Positions 39,836-52,142 of a DNA stretch of 64,000 nt are shown here, piece after piece. Made by a program: the position numbers and the translations under genes. Source of the DNA: Dicyema japonicum (lineage: Eukaryota > Animalia > Dicyemida); assembly GCA_011109175.1 (NCBI GenBank), contig RDEW01000020.1:676514-740513 (forward strand). Direction: 5' to 3'. The stretch's first letter is position 1. Each line of letters begins with the position of its first letter. The notes below the pieces were generated by a model. It was not told where the DNA came from. It saw only the letters and a list, made by a program, of their open reading frames with translations, and did no database searches.

Positions 39836-40859
39836 ACTTAAGTATTGATTGATGACCTATTAGTCGGATCTCGCGATCAAAATCTCCTCAAAGGCATACC
39901 TTCACAAGATTAACATTTGGCTAAATTATTACCGGATTGATACTGAAAAATCACTTCGTCTTTATTTACCTCAGACACACGACTTTGACAAAATGACAGT
40001 GGGTATATTTATCAACCAGACAAAATACCTTTCACAAAGAGTTTGAAAATCTTGGGAAACCTTCAACACACATGCCCTTTCTTTATTTCGACAGTATCTC
40101 CTCAAGAAAACTAGGAATATCAAATCTATTTTTGGTGGTACTACAACCCCTTTTCCAGCATTGAATTATTTTACAACATTCATTGAGTCATCTGTCAGCT
40201 ATGCCTGTGCGTCATGGGGAATCAATCCGTCCTGGACAGACAAACAAAAAATCAAAGACATTCAGTCCTTAACAGCAACTACTTAGTAACCTCAGGAAAC
40301 TAGAAAAAGTGATCCTCCATCACTTGAAGACCTTATACTGGCAAATCGAAAGAGATTTACTTCCTTGTGAGGCAATGCAATTCCCAACAGTACAAAACCA
40401 GGACGTGTCTTGTGGGAAATTATACATCACCCCTTCCCAATTTCTATTCCCCAAATCATCCTACCGACAGAGAAGTTATGTTGGATCACAGAAGGAGCAC
40501 ATGGAGAGGATGAAATCTGATAGGCCTTCGAGATCACTTTTTTAGTAATTATTTTTTTGACATGAAGATTCTCAAATTATGACTAAAAGTTGTTCAAAAA
40601 GCCAATTTTCCTAAGAAATTGGCCACACATTATTAAAAACATAAAATTTATTTTTACTAATCTTTTTCAAATATTTTATTAAAAAATAAAAATTTCAAAC
40701 CAAAAATTTTACCATGTGTTCATAGAGGACCGAGGAACACTGGCGGAGATCAAAAAAACTAGGATCCTTCTCTGTGACCCAAGATATAACACGAAGGAAG
40801 ACACTTACTAATGTCACTTTTAACAAAATATTAAGAAGACTTGGCTTCTGCACAAAGGG

Positions 40860-41340
40860 CTTGACCCTAAAACTCGAATGAGACTATACAATGCCCTAGT
40901 AAGGCCAAATCTATTGTATAATGCCGGTACATGGGCATGCACAGGGAAAGAACTCGAAAAGTTAAATTCTTTTCACAGAAAATCATTCCGAGCACTCCTT
41001 CTTTCCGAGAACAGGAACTGTGATATTACTGATTCAATAGGGAGGCTGTTTGGACACATACTCCGCCACGATATGGGGACTTCTGCAAACTTAGTAATGG
41101 AGGAGTATTTTATCTTATAGGTTTCGCGTTTCCGCAGACGGCCGAGACAACACTGCCAGTAATCCTAGATGAAGATCTCAGGAGGATTGGAAGATGCCTT
41201 AAAGATGGGGATGATCTATATATGCTACGGAATTTGGCAACGGATCAAAAAGATGGGCGATGTTAAATAGATTGTTAACTTTCGTGTTGCACATGCTTTG
41301 TCATGATCTTGGCATCCCGTACGTGCCCATAATAATGTGT
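40860..41340 (+). mobile_element. RTE-like LINE 3' end
   Basis: MRLYNALVRPNLLYNAGTWAC...LNSFHRK, RLFGHILR, then a 3' UTR ending in taataat. Confidence 0.75.
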
Positions 41341-41759
41341 TCATAGCTTCTCGTTGCAATTATACAAGGCTTAACTGTTTCCAAAAACTCTAAATTTTGA
41401 GATATAAAGAAAATCAAGTACCACAATACTTGTACACATTCAACCGTGATTAACTTATGGCGATTCTTACGACCTCTCCTGACTAAGATTACATTAGCAT
41501 GACACAGGTACTGACACTTGATGACAGTATTGGTAGGGAACGAGACCTCATGGAAATTCGAATAGCTGTAACTTTTTCGTAGTCTACCTATAGACGACAC
41601 TCAGCAACATTAATCTTCCATCGATAACAACTGAGAATTATACAAGGAGTAACACGACGTAATATGAAACATTGGAGTAGTCGAGAGGAAAGATATATCG
41701 TGATTGTCCACGTATCTTCAGTGATAGACAACAATCTTAAGGCAATTAAACATTAACTG

Positions 41760-41930
41760 TTGCGGTCGAGTCATCGGGAGCCGTTGGTCCAATGAGCTGA
41801 GTTCTTGCGGGAACTCAAGGAATGCTTGCCAAAAAGATCAACGAGAAGCGTTATGGCTGAGACAATAATTGGAATGGACATACTCCGAGGGAACGTTCGC
41901 TATCCATGCAGCCGGTTTCCTCGACTAACA
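41760..41930 (+). mobile_element. CRE-like 3' terminal fragment
   Basis: Nucleotide match to ~30960-31150. Confidence 0.7.
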
Positions 41931-42031
41931 TTTGTTTCTTTGGTTAATAAATTTTTACACATAAAAAAATAAACATTAACTCAAAAATTCGGACATCTAG
42001 ATGTGTTTTTGTAGCATATAAAGATAAAAAA

Positions 42032-42113
42032 TACCAACAGTGGGATTCGAACCCACGCCTCTTGCGAGAACAGCACCTGAAGCTGCCGCCTTAGACCACT
42101 CGGCCATGTTGGC
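42032..42113 (-). tRNA. trnL-CAG: tRNA-Leu, anticodon CAG, 82 nt
   Basis: GCCAACA/TGTTGGT acceptor stem with discriminator A, D-loop TGGCCGAGTGGTCTAAGGC, anticodon stem GCAGC-TTCAGGT-GCTGT, long variable arm, GGTTCGAATCC, and a T6 terminator immediately 3'. Confidence 0.96.
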
Positions 42114-42166
42114 TTTTAAACATTGAAATAACATATGTTAGTGTTAATAAATCAATGTATTAATTA

Positions 42167-42873
42167 TTAGCAGCATTTGTTATTATGAGTATCGGTTTGT
42201 AAGTGAACAATCTTGTGGTTAACAAAGTGAAGTCCTTCAATCCTTGTTATAACCAATTCCAATAAGTAATCAAATACATTGTCAATATTTTGTCCAGTCA
42301 AAGCACTTGTTTCAAGATAATATAATCATTATATATTATTTTTATTACTTGTTCATGTCGGCAAAGAGTGCGATCTGAGCATCAGTGATTACTCTTTGAT
42401 CAGCAAGATCGGCTTTATTACCACAGAGTATGACATCTGGTTTGTCGCAGTAGGCGTGATCTCTGATTTGGTCAATCCAAAACTGAATATTGTTAAATGA
42501 TTTTTCATTAGTAATATCAAAGACCATAAGAAATGCCATAGCATCTCTCAGAAAGGCAGTAGTCAAACTTCTATACCTACAATGGTTATAAATAACTTTA
42601 ATAATCAATAACCAATTTGTTTACCTTTCCTGTCCTGCGGTGTCCCAAATTTGTAATTTAGCTGTTACATTATTCATTGTCTTTAAATTATAATTATACT
42701 TTTATTTTCTCTTTAAAGTCTATTCCTACAGTAGCTGCAAACTCTTCTGTTTTATCATCATTTATATATTTACTAACAAATCTGGTCTTACCAACTGATG
42801 AATCACCTTTACGTTTATTATTATTTATACCTAACATTATTATTTTTATTAAATAATCGTAATCAATCGACAT
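42167..42873 (-). CDS. RAB27: Rab27 small GTPase, 197 aa
   Basis: YDYLIKIIML|GDSSVGKT, WDTAGQER|YRSLTTAFLRDAMAF, HAYCDKPDVILCGNKADL, YLETSALTG, C-terminal CC. Introns are 24, 19, 48 and 22 nt (the last is GT-TG); 707-113=594 nt. Confidence 0.93.
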
Positions 42874-44940
42874 TTTATTATATTATTTAAATTATATTAT
42901 TTATAATTACAAATATTAATATTATAATAAAATAATTTAGTTTCCTATACAACCTTTAGACACAATTCAACAATCTTTTCCAATCAGATTATATTTGTAG
43001 TCATTTCCAATATATGAAGAGAAACCTCTTGGAGACTAATCCATGATTCTATAAATGAAAAAGTTATGCATGAACACTGAGATCTTAATAACTTTTATCC
43101 TCTCTTTGTAGTTCCTTGGTAAATTACGAAATAAATTAGATATATGCAGTAGGGAAAGTGTTCGAGTCAGTTAGAATGGTATTTAAAAATTTCAAGTCAC
43201 ATTAATTAAAGGTTATGCATAACTGTGTATATGCTTTGTTACTCGAAACTTCATATGAGTGCTTCATTTATCCATAAGTGGAACAAAAGGTTCATTCCAT
43301 CAATATGGGTACGTCACTAATTAGACACTATGCCAATTAGTCACTAGATTAATCTTATCTCCAAATTATCTACACTAATCACCACCACATATTGTAGTGA
43401 GTGTAAGAATATGACAAAACACATAAGTTCTACAAAATTATTTAAGAATAGATCGACGTGGCAACAGGAAAGTGGTGGATAAAGAGAACACCTAACTATG
43501 AAACATGTGATCACCTCAACATCTTTTTATAAGTAGAGCATGTAAAAGGTTGAAGTAGGTAACATATATTTCATAAGTGTGTTCTCTCATAAATTAATTC
43601 TAAAAGATCACAAAAATCAATTCCTTTTCATAATAGAAGTGATCTTGGAATTGGTTAGATGAATAAACCCCAAAAGGCGAATACGTAACAAATACCTGTC
43701 TGGTATACTGTTAGTATAACGCTTTTTGATATAAAGGTTGCCATTCTTTTATAAAAGGCTTAAATTGATCTCCCATTTTGTCAGCACATTTTTGACGTGT
43801 TCCAGGAAACACATATCGAAGGTTAAGTGAATTTAGTGTTATTTGCCTACCCAATCTTCTGTCCGAGGTAAAAGCAATGTGTTAAGTAGTCAATAGGCGA
43901 TTGTCCCCTGACCAGGTGCGTAGAAGATCAAAGTGCTATTGGAATCTCATAGTGATTAGATTTCTCAATCAAACAAGGATGATTTTGTTAGCATAAGTAA
44001 TGAGTACATTATCTTTACTACTAAGTGTAGGGAGATACCATTCCGAACAAACAATGAATGAACAATTTCTCAAGGAAAACTAGTTCCCTCTACCTTTAAG
44101 GAAGTTAGTTAGTCAGAGGTTAAAATTTCCAGAGATTCTTGTTTGTAAATCTTCGAGATGAGAATTTATCTTAACAGTGAGTCGAATGTCTTGTGGATAT
44201 CAAATTTGACAGTTTTCGAATGTCAAAGTTTTTGCAAATAAACCGGAAAGGCAAGATGTGTGAGTGTTGATCACTAAACTTTTTAAGATATCCTTTTTTA
44301 GTTAAATTCATCATGTTCATGTCCATCGGTGTTACTTTTTGGCACAATTTGATGTTGCCTCAAGGATAGAACAATTAAGATGTGCCTCCAAATATAATTT
44401 TAGATAAAACCATCGTATATAAATTTGCCAACCAGCTGTCAATAAATAAATGAAAGTGTACCTAGTCAGCAAATTTGTAATTGTAATGCCTGCTTGACTC
44501 AACCAAAGTGTCCCTCTTTATCTTCAATTGGATCATTTGTAAATGACAGAAACCATAGTGCAATATCGGGTTGATTAGTTGAAGCTCTGTAGGACCTTCT
44601 TGTATTTTAGTGAGTTACAGCGGTAATTTTCTTCTTGCGTCTGTGGATTGACTTATTAACTACAAGGGAGTTTTAAAATTCATGTCCATGAAGATCAAAA
44701 TGTCGTCCAAATCAGACTTTGTCACACAAAAGTCTCTTTACCATCGAGGATTATCTTTGTATATGAGACCTTTTGGATTAAAGTGAGAAGACTTCAATCA
44801 CAGTAGAGTTATAGCCATGAAGAGAGGAGTCTTCATTTAGATTTCATTTACCTTCAATTTTAAAACAGAAATATAACTTTTTCGTTCTTTAATCGACTAG
44901 GAAGAAATATAGGATTAAGGCTAGGACAAAGATGGTAACC

Positions 44941-45230
44941 AAAAAGTGAAAGGATCACCCGATGCAAAGAAAATGAGAGTAATCGTCTAAATTATGTAGT
45001 TAAGGGAACTTTGCCAGTTTAAAAAAGTCTCACTGGCGTTCCGTGAAGTAATTCATGATCGATGCGACGTTTAGCGTTTTCCCTACAAAAAGTGAAAGGA
45101 TCACCCGATGCAAAGAGAATGAGAGTAATCGTCTAAATTATGTAGTTAAGGGAACTTTGCCAGTTTAAAAAAGTCTCACTGGCGTTCCATGAAGTAATTC
45201 ATGATCGATGCGACGTTTAGCGTTTTCCCT
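44941..45230. repeat. Head-to-tail duplication of a ~146-bp unit
   Basis: aaaaagtgaaaggatcacccgatgc...agcgttttcccta occurs twice with about two differences. Confidence 0.85.
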
Positions 45231-46559
45231 ATCAGTGATGAGGATGTCTTATTCAAAAATCTAACAGTATTTCAAGACATTGGTTTTGTGTCATCTATAA
45301 TTTACCTTAGGGTGATAGTGAGGACAAGGCAATCCATACTGATTCTCAGTAAAACGAATTGTTTGTGTAAAAACTCGAACGAAAGGATGAAAGATACCGG
45401 AAAATGCAAACAAACCTTTAGAATTCCAATTTAGATCCTCGAGGCAACAAACCCACTTGATGTGTGAATGATAAAAGATGCTCCAAGGTGACTTCCAATA
45501 TGAAGGGGATCTTCTTTGTGGAAACCGGGGAATCATACAAATTGACTGCTGGAATATCCGTGTCTCTTTTCGTTAGGAGTTTAACGTCGTTACATAAGAT
45601 TTACCTATAGAGACTTTTAAAGGATTTTTAAAATCCAAAGATCCATCAGGTTTACTATCCTTTGTACGAACCGTTTCACTTCCTCGGGTTTTAGATGTTT
45701 TCCTGTAATCATGAGATTGTCAGCGTGAGATATAAGGGTAGAATTTGGCTAGTAACTAGAGAGGGAAGTCGTCAAGGAAAGCGCTAAACAATGTTGGGGA
45801 GAACTGGAATCTTTTTAGTACTCCATTTGATAGTTAACTATGACTTGGTTGTTTAAATCCCCCAACGGTCTTTGATTAATTTAGCCGACTAAAACTTGAG
45901 TTTTGAATGAATTGACATTATAAGGATTTTTACGGTTAGGATTTTCCAGGAGACTGAATCAAAGCCTTCTCTATATCAACTGAGACCAAAACTGTATTTT
46001 TCATGTGGGTTAAAAATATTTAAGCCGTCGGAAATGAATTAAACAAGTTTTGAAAAATGTTTGTTGGTTGAGTCCCCTTCGAGAAGACCATGTTGGAAAG
46101 TGGGAAAAGCGATGGACGTACGGATCGTTAAATGACCATTTCCAACACAAGGACAGTTTGTAGACATTNAATTAAACAAGTTTTGAAAAATGTTTGGTGG
46201 TTGAGTCCCCTTCGAGAAAACCATGTTGGAAAGTGGGAAAAGCGATGGACGTACGGATCGTTAAATGACCATTTCCAACACAAGTGACAGTTTGTCGACA
46301 TTCTTTAGTTAATTTCTCATTCAAATGAGGACTCGTGTTTCAAAATCAATAGGATGCGAAGGACGCTGAAAGCTGCCCATTGCGAGCTCGAAATATGATC
46401 TCACTAAGGTGCCTGACAGCAGCGTCATAGAACTAAAATCATCTATCCCCAAACCATGAAGGTATCGTTCAATATAATACACAAAAAGGTGACAACTGTA
46501 AGAGGAGGAGCGACAAAAGAGATAACCGGTAAGGAAGGTGAATCATCACATCAGGAGTG

Positions 46560-46930
46560 TTTACTTGGATCATTAAGGATAATCTTGATGAGGAGATGGG
46601 AGAAGATCAGAGTGATACAATCCCTCATTGACAAAAGGACGCTCTATAGAGTGGGTATCACTTGTGTTTATATATTTTCACAAACAAATATGATACCCAG
46701 TACAAACTCAGACTCTCCAGTCGCTGACTTTGCAGAACGGAGGAAGCTTGGTAAATATTCTGAGTTTAAATACCGTTTCCGCTTCATCCCAATTGCAGAT
46801 AAGAGCTCGAGTGCGGATGAGTCTGTCATCAGATGTGTTTCAAGAGATTGGAAACATAATCTTCTCTAGTTCAGTGAACGTCTCGGAATTGCCATTATTG
46901 GCGGGAATGTTCTCTTGGCAGGTGTCTGAT
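46560..46930 (+). mobile_element. CRE-like 3' fragment
   Basis: GITCVYIF, AERRKLGKYSEF..RFIPIA, and a GIAIIGGN-like end. Confidence 0.6.
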
Positions 46931-47671
46931 TTGTTTCTTTAGTAAATTAATAGATTTGATAATTATAAAATTAATCGTTTAAACTGTCTGATATGAGTAA
47001 CTCCCCGTTGATCCAGTTGTTAATTAACACAACAAAAAACTCTGCATTTAGTAACCGAGATTAGCATATTTTCCACTCGAGTGAACCGGATAAGATCAAG
47101 TCAGTACCGGTGGGGACATGACGGCGAATTTTCAGAGTTCCGTGGATATTCCAGAGGGAAAAGTCTGAAATGTTATCTGAAATATTGCTGATCAGGAAAG
47201 GATTTTTGACAAGTGTGATGAAGCTACACCCCTTCCACGTTTTCCGCCCCGTATAAACACTCTATTCCAGAAAGGTGGGGGGTTGTCTGCAAAGGGTTTA
47301 GTTTCGTTTCTTAAAAAAGATCCACTAATATCTGAAGACTAAGCGTTGTAGTTTGGAAATTTTGTCCGAATTCCATGTTAATTTGAATTATTGTAGTATC
47401 TGGTCCAAGATCTTCCTTGATGGCCTCGCAGAAAAGGAACAGACTATAACATCATTCACGTCTCCATGTTTGCAGTATAGGGAGCTTTTGACTCTTTTTC
47501 AGAACCACGTAAGTGAGCCAGATGACATTTGATCAAGAACCATTTGTACTACTAAACAACATATAGAAAATGACAAAATAATATGTTTAATTAATTATTT
47601 AAATAATTTATAAATAATAATAATTGGTAATCCTTATAGTATCCTTGACGAGTTGCTACGAATAAAAGAGA

Positions 47672-48299
47672 ATGTTTAAGAATACATTTCAGAGTGGAAT
47701 GCTTTCAATTCTGTATAGTATTGGAAGTAAGCCCCTACAAATATGGGACAAAAAGGCATATATAGAAATAAAGAGTAGGTTAAAAATGGACATATAAAAC
47801 GAATAACAGACAATGACATTCAGTCACTTGTCCTTGAAATAGCAGGGACTAATGTGAGTACAACATACATAAGCTGCCCTCTTGATTTATCAAAAACATT
47901 GGGAATTAAACTACCGTTTTTAGTGATGATAATTAAAAACCTAAAAAAATACTTTACCTTTGAAGTACAAGTGTTGGATGATAAAAACGTAAAACGGAGA
48001 TTTCGAGCAAGTAATTACCAGAGTACGACACGAGTAAAGCCATTCATATGCACAATGCCCATGAGATTGGATGATGGATGGAATCAGATTCAGTTTAACC
48101 TCTCTGATTTTACACGGCGGGCATATGGGACTAATTATGTGGAGACTCTGAGAGTGCAGGTTCTCTTAATAAATTATAACAGATTCATGCCAATTGTCGA
48201 ATAAGGAGGGTCTTCTTTTCTGAAAGATTGTATTCCGAAGACGAACTGCCAGCTGAGTTTAAGCTGTACTTGCCTGTTCAGAATAAAGCGAGGGCTTAA
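47672..48299 (+). CDS. CFAP20: Cilia- and flagella-associated protein 20 (BUG22), 193 aa
   Basis: [28 protein letters not shown]|[11 protein letters not shown]...TLRVQ|[33 protein letters not shown]. Two 23-nt introns (47756-47778 GC-AG; 48160-48182 GT-AG). Confidence 0.97.
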
Positions 48300-48394
48300 C
48301 TTTACTAATATTTACTAATATATTATAATTATAATATTCACAAACATTTAATATAACCATGACAATCAATCTAGTGATAGAACCCATGCAAACC

Positions 48395-48640
48395 TGGAGC
48401 CACGTGGAGCCATGTGTTACTTCATGGCTAATTGGCTGAAGTTTCTGCTTGTCTTATTTGTTCCTCCCCATTCTTTTCCTAATAGAGTGGCGTCATGTAA
48501 TCCACCTGTCTAGGTGGCGCCCAGTGCAAGGCCGGCACGAAAAAGGATCATTTGCTCTCCCCCATTCCACTGGAGGGGTTTCCACAACTGCATGTAATGG
48601 ACGTCTTACCTTTTATGATGATTCCGGATCTACCTTTTAT
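48395..48640 (+). mobile_element. SINE, shared-core family, 3'-truncated copy
   Basis: High similarity to the reverse complement of ~29600-29840; lies ~95 bp downstream of the CFAP20 stop. Confidence 0.7.
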
Positions 48641-49489
48641 GCTGAGGAAACCCATTCAGAGAAAGGGTGCACCATGAAGAGGAATCCTGATTGACCATAA
48701 AGAAGGCATTCCTCTGCGGACAAAAAGAAAGGCACTTCCGGAAGGTAGTGGGTCGCTGTCAAAACATTCAAAGAGGGTTCTGACACTATTGGAGGCTGGA
48801 ATCACCTAATTAGTGGATTTAACCTCTCTTTCTTGGTAGGTTTGAGGTTTTTAAATACTGAATTTTGTTGCAATACAAAATCGACGTTGCCGTTATCCAT
48901 GAGTCGAAACTTTATAAAAAGAAAGTGTAATCCTGTTTTTCTTGGATACAACATCCTTAGAATAAATCGACTGGGAAGTGTCGGTCGGCTATTTACTATC
49001 ACCAAAAACGGTCTGACCTACTCTGACGTGAGCATATGAATGGGTAATCTAATTTACGTGACAGGACAGCTGAACAAATCTCTATTGATTTCATTAATGG
49101 TTCAGAACACCTTATTTTAATCAATTTATACATTCCCTACCAGGATCTTGCCCGAGAAAAAACTGAATGAAAATATCATGTTGTAACATGGTATCCAAAA
49201 GGTTAAAACTTGTGCTTCAAAAAATTAAACCTCATTTGTCCTCTTGTGACTTCCAACATGGATTCAGATCGTAGCGATCTATAACAACGCAATCGACCTC
49301 ATTGGACATCAATAGGTCTTTTATTCATTCTTAAGAAGCTTATTAACTAAAAAAGTCTTCTTTTAAAACGATAGCCTATTTCTTACCAGACGAAGGATAT
49401 AAGCTTTCAAGATCGAGATCCCGTCTCAGGACTGACTGACTTCGAACCGATTTTCTGTGCAAAAAAATCTTCATATACTATTTTACTAC

Positions 49490-50100
49490 CAACAGGAGAC
49501 AAATGCATACGCTTGGAATCAACCTTAATGGAGAACTTATCATTATACAGAAACATAAACAATTCTAGGAATTACTTTGGACTCCTTGCTCTCCTTTTTA
49601 ACATATGAAGAACGTTCTGGCAAAGAGTCTTCGAAAACTTGACATTATAACTCATTTTTAAAGTCCAGGACCTAGCCATCACATGAATGCACTGCTGCCT
49701 TATGCAATCAGCTCCCAAAACCGACNAACAGGAGACAAATGGATACGCTTGGAATCAACCTTAATGGAGAACTTATCATTATACAGAAACATAAAAAATT
49801 CTAGGAATTACTTTGGACTCCTTGCTCTCCTTTTTAACATATGAAGAACGTTCTGGCAAAGAGTCTTCGAAAACTTGACATTATAACTCATTTTTAAAGT
49901 CCAGGACCTAGCCATCACATGAATGCACTGCTGCCTTATGCAATCAGCTCTCAAAACCGACTGTAGGGTACGCATATGCGTCCTCGAGTTATGAAATCTC
50001 AGCTTTGAATCAATACACGATAAATTCTCGTTACTACACGATAAAAAAAGGAAAATCGTCAGTTTAACAAACTTCCCTACCAAATTATTCCCCCAATTCC
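49490..50100 (+). mobile_element. LINE RT C-terminal remnant, locally duplicated across an N
   Basis: ILGITLDSLLSF..MKNVLAKSLRKL motif; ~240-bp unit repeated either side of N at 49726. Confidence 0.55.
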
Positions 50101-50344
50101 TTGACTAGTTTCTTTAAATAATCGGTAAAAGCCGCTGAATTGCGTAAATTCAGAAAAAACCACGATTCTCCAAATTTTCCTAAAAGAGGAGCGTCATGAA
50201 TACAAAAAACAGTGGGTACTATGGACGAGCACTGCAAAAACCATTCACGATTTTTGAAGACAACCTATATCAATTAGTTGCTCTACTTCTTCTTTATGGT
50301 ATTTCCCCTTCCGGATTAAAATAATTAAAATTAAAAAAAATAAA

Positions 50345-50880
50345 AATTATTTCCATAGACCAAGGGTAACCAAACTAACTAACTCCTCGATCTTGACTCG
50401 TTCCAGCATTCCAGAATTTGGGGAGGAAGGAAGAACGGTAGTTCGCAAACCTCCACGAGGGAAATGCATATTCAATTCGATGACCTGGCTGTACAATCTG
50501 GATATTTAATCTACAAGAGGGAATGCCTCTATATAATTGCCTTCTATACATTCAACTTGTGGAGACCATTAGTCAAGACTTCTTCAGCGTGATTAGAGGT
50601 CATTAGTAAATAGTAAGTAACCGCAAGAATCTTGTTTATTGGATATCATAATAAAGGTGTCCCCAATGTGCACAAGAGTCTCACATTTGGACTTCAAATC
50701 TGAAGTAAATATAGTGAATGTGCCACCGAAATTTTCACCGAGCCAATCTTACACCCTGGTGAGGTGTGATTGGACAGCGGCAGCCGTGAGGGATCTGCTC
50801 CTAACGGTGATAATCCTATCGCTTGCATAAGCTAGGAACTGCATGTAGGCATCATCAAAGGTACTTCAAAGGACATTATA
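50345..50880 (-). mobile_element. Internally deleted LINE (RT remnant plus 3' end)
   Basis: FLAYASD..I.....VQSHLTRV*DWLGEN (YADD-like region); its 3' end matches the tail of the SINE at 39638-39835. Confidence 0.5.
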
Positions 50881-51829
50881 GATACTTTTATGACATTAAT
50901 AAATATCAGGGATAAACCTCATTAAGACATTATTAAAGCAACATACGTAAAACCACAATAGCTATATTTTTACCCGTAAGGATTATAAACTATCAAACTA
51001 AGCAGTTCCACCTTCTGCGGTAGTGCGCAACCTCTCTCAAATTGTCCAAATGGTCTCTACATTTCACTTTTTTCTTTGATAGATACATTCAAATACTTAA
51101 ACATATTTTATGAGAGTTTTGTGATATAATTTATTTAAACCAAGAATCGTCTAAAAATTAAGAGAATATGTGGCTGTCAGGTGATCTCGGCTTACATAAA
51201 CAGCCGCTTTCTTCAACTCCTTCCCGAAACTCTCGTGCAAAAAAAACTTTACATCATGTCCTTTGTAGATCTGACATGCGGTTTTTGTCCTTAATAATAA
51301 TTCCAAAGACCACAGAAACACCAAATTAAATAATCATGTAATCCTGGAACGCTTCAAAAGAGACTCCAGCTTGGGACAATTATCCTCCCTTGAGCCTACG
51401 CGAGTAGTTAGTTAGTTAGTTAAGTAACCCCAGCCTCACTAACTTGCAGGAGGCCAGCAGCTATTAAGTAGTACGCAGCATATGTTGGTCGCTCCCATAG
51501 ATCGGTCAGTTCCGGCATTGTGGAGAATTGTTGTGCCATTCATGACATTGAAATAGATGATTTGTTGTCAGCACGTGGAGGTTGCAAAAGGGGCAGAGTA
51601 AATCATAAGCTGGTGCCCACATCGTAGACGAGCCAGGTTTACTCGCACGTCCCTTGAGAAAGAGGATTCTGATTGGTCAATTGGAGGAGGGGGTCGCTGT
51701 AATATTTTATTGTCTCCGAGTCTTCGGATGCTTCTTGTAAAAACAAAATCGTGTATCTGTTTCAGACGACTCCTGTCATTGGGAATGAATGGAATGGATG
51801 ATAACATCCGAGACAAGTCACTGGTTGTT

Positions 51830-52072
51830 ATAATAATTTTCCTTTTGTTTTGCGGCTTGCATAAGGAGTGGCAGGGATGTTCTAACTGTAGGCTTGGGAG
51901 AGGAACTGCAGGGCTCTCATTTCCTATGTCTTCGCGAGTACGGATATTATAAATAATTTTCCTTTTGTTTTGCGGATTGCATAGGAAGTGGCAGGGATGT
52001 TCTAACTGTAGGCTTGGGAGAGGAACTGCAGGGCTCTCATTTCCTATGTCTTCGCGAGTACGGATATTATAA
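51830..52072. repeat. Tandem duplication of a ~120-bp unit just upstream of KPNB1
   Basis: ataattttccttttgttttgcgg...gagtacggatattata occurs twice with about three differences and no N. Confidence 0.85.
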
Positions 52073-52142
52073 AATAATGTAAAATTAATAAATATATATT
52101 ATAATAATTTAAATTTATTTAAAACTTTAAAAATTAACGTGG

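Noticed and set aside
42577-42624. Recursive splicing of the 48-nt Rab27 intron at the internal aaag/tt site
   Set aside because: The two-step route via that site removes 49 nt and shifts the frame; there is no AG|GT ratchet point.
44941-45230. CRISPR-like arrays in the tandem repeats
   Set aside because: Units are 85-146 bp whole-segment duplications without short constant repeats and unique spacers; the context is eukaryotic and no cas genes are present.
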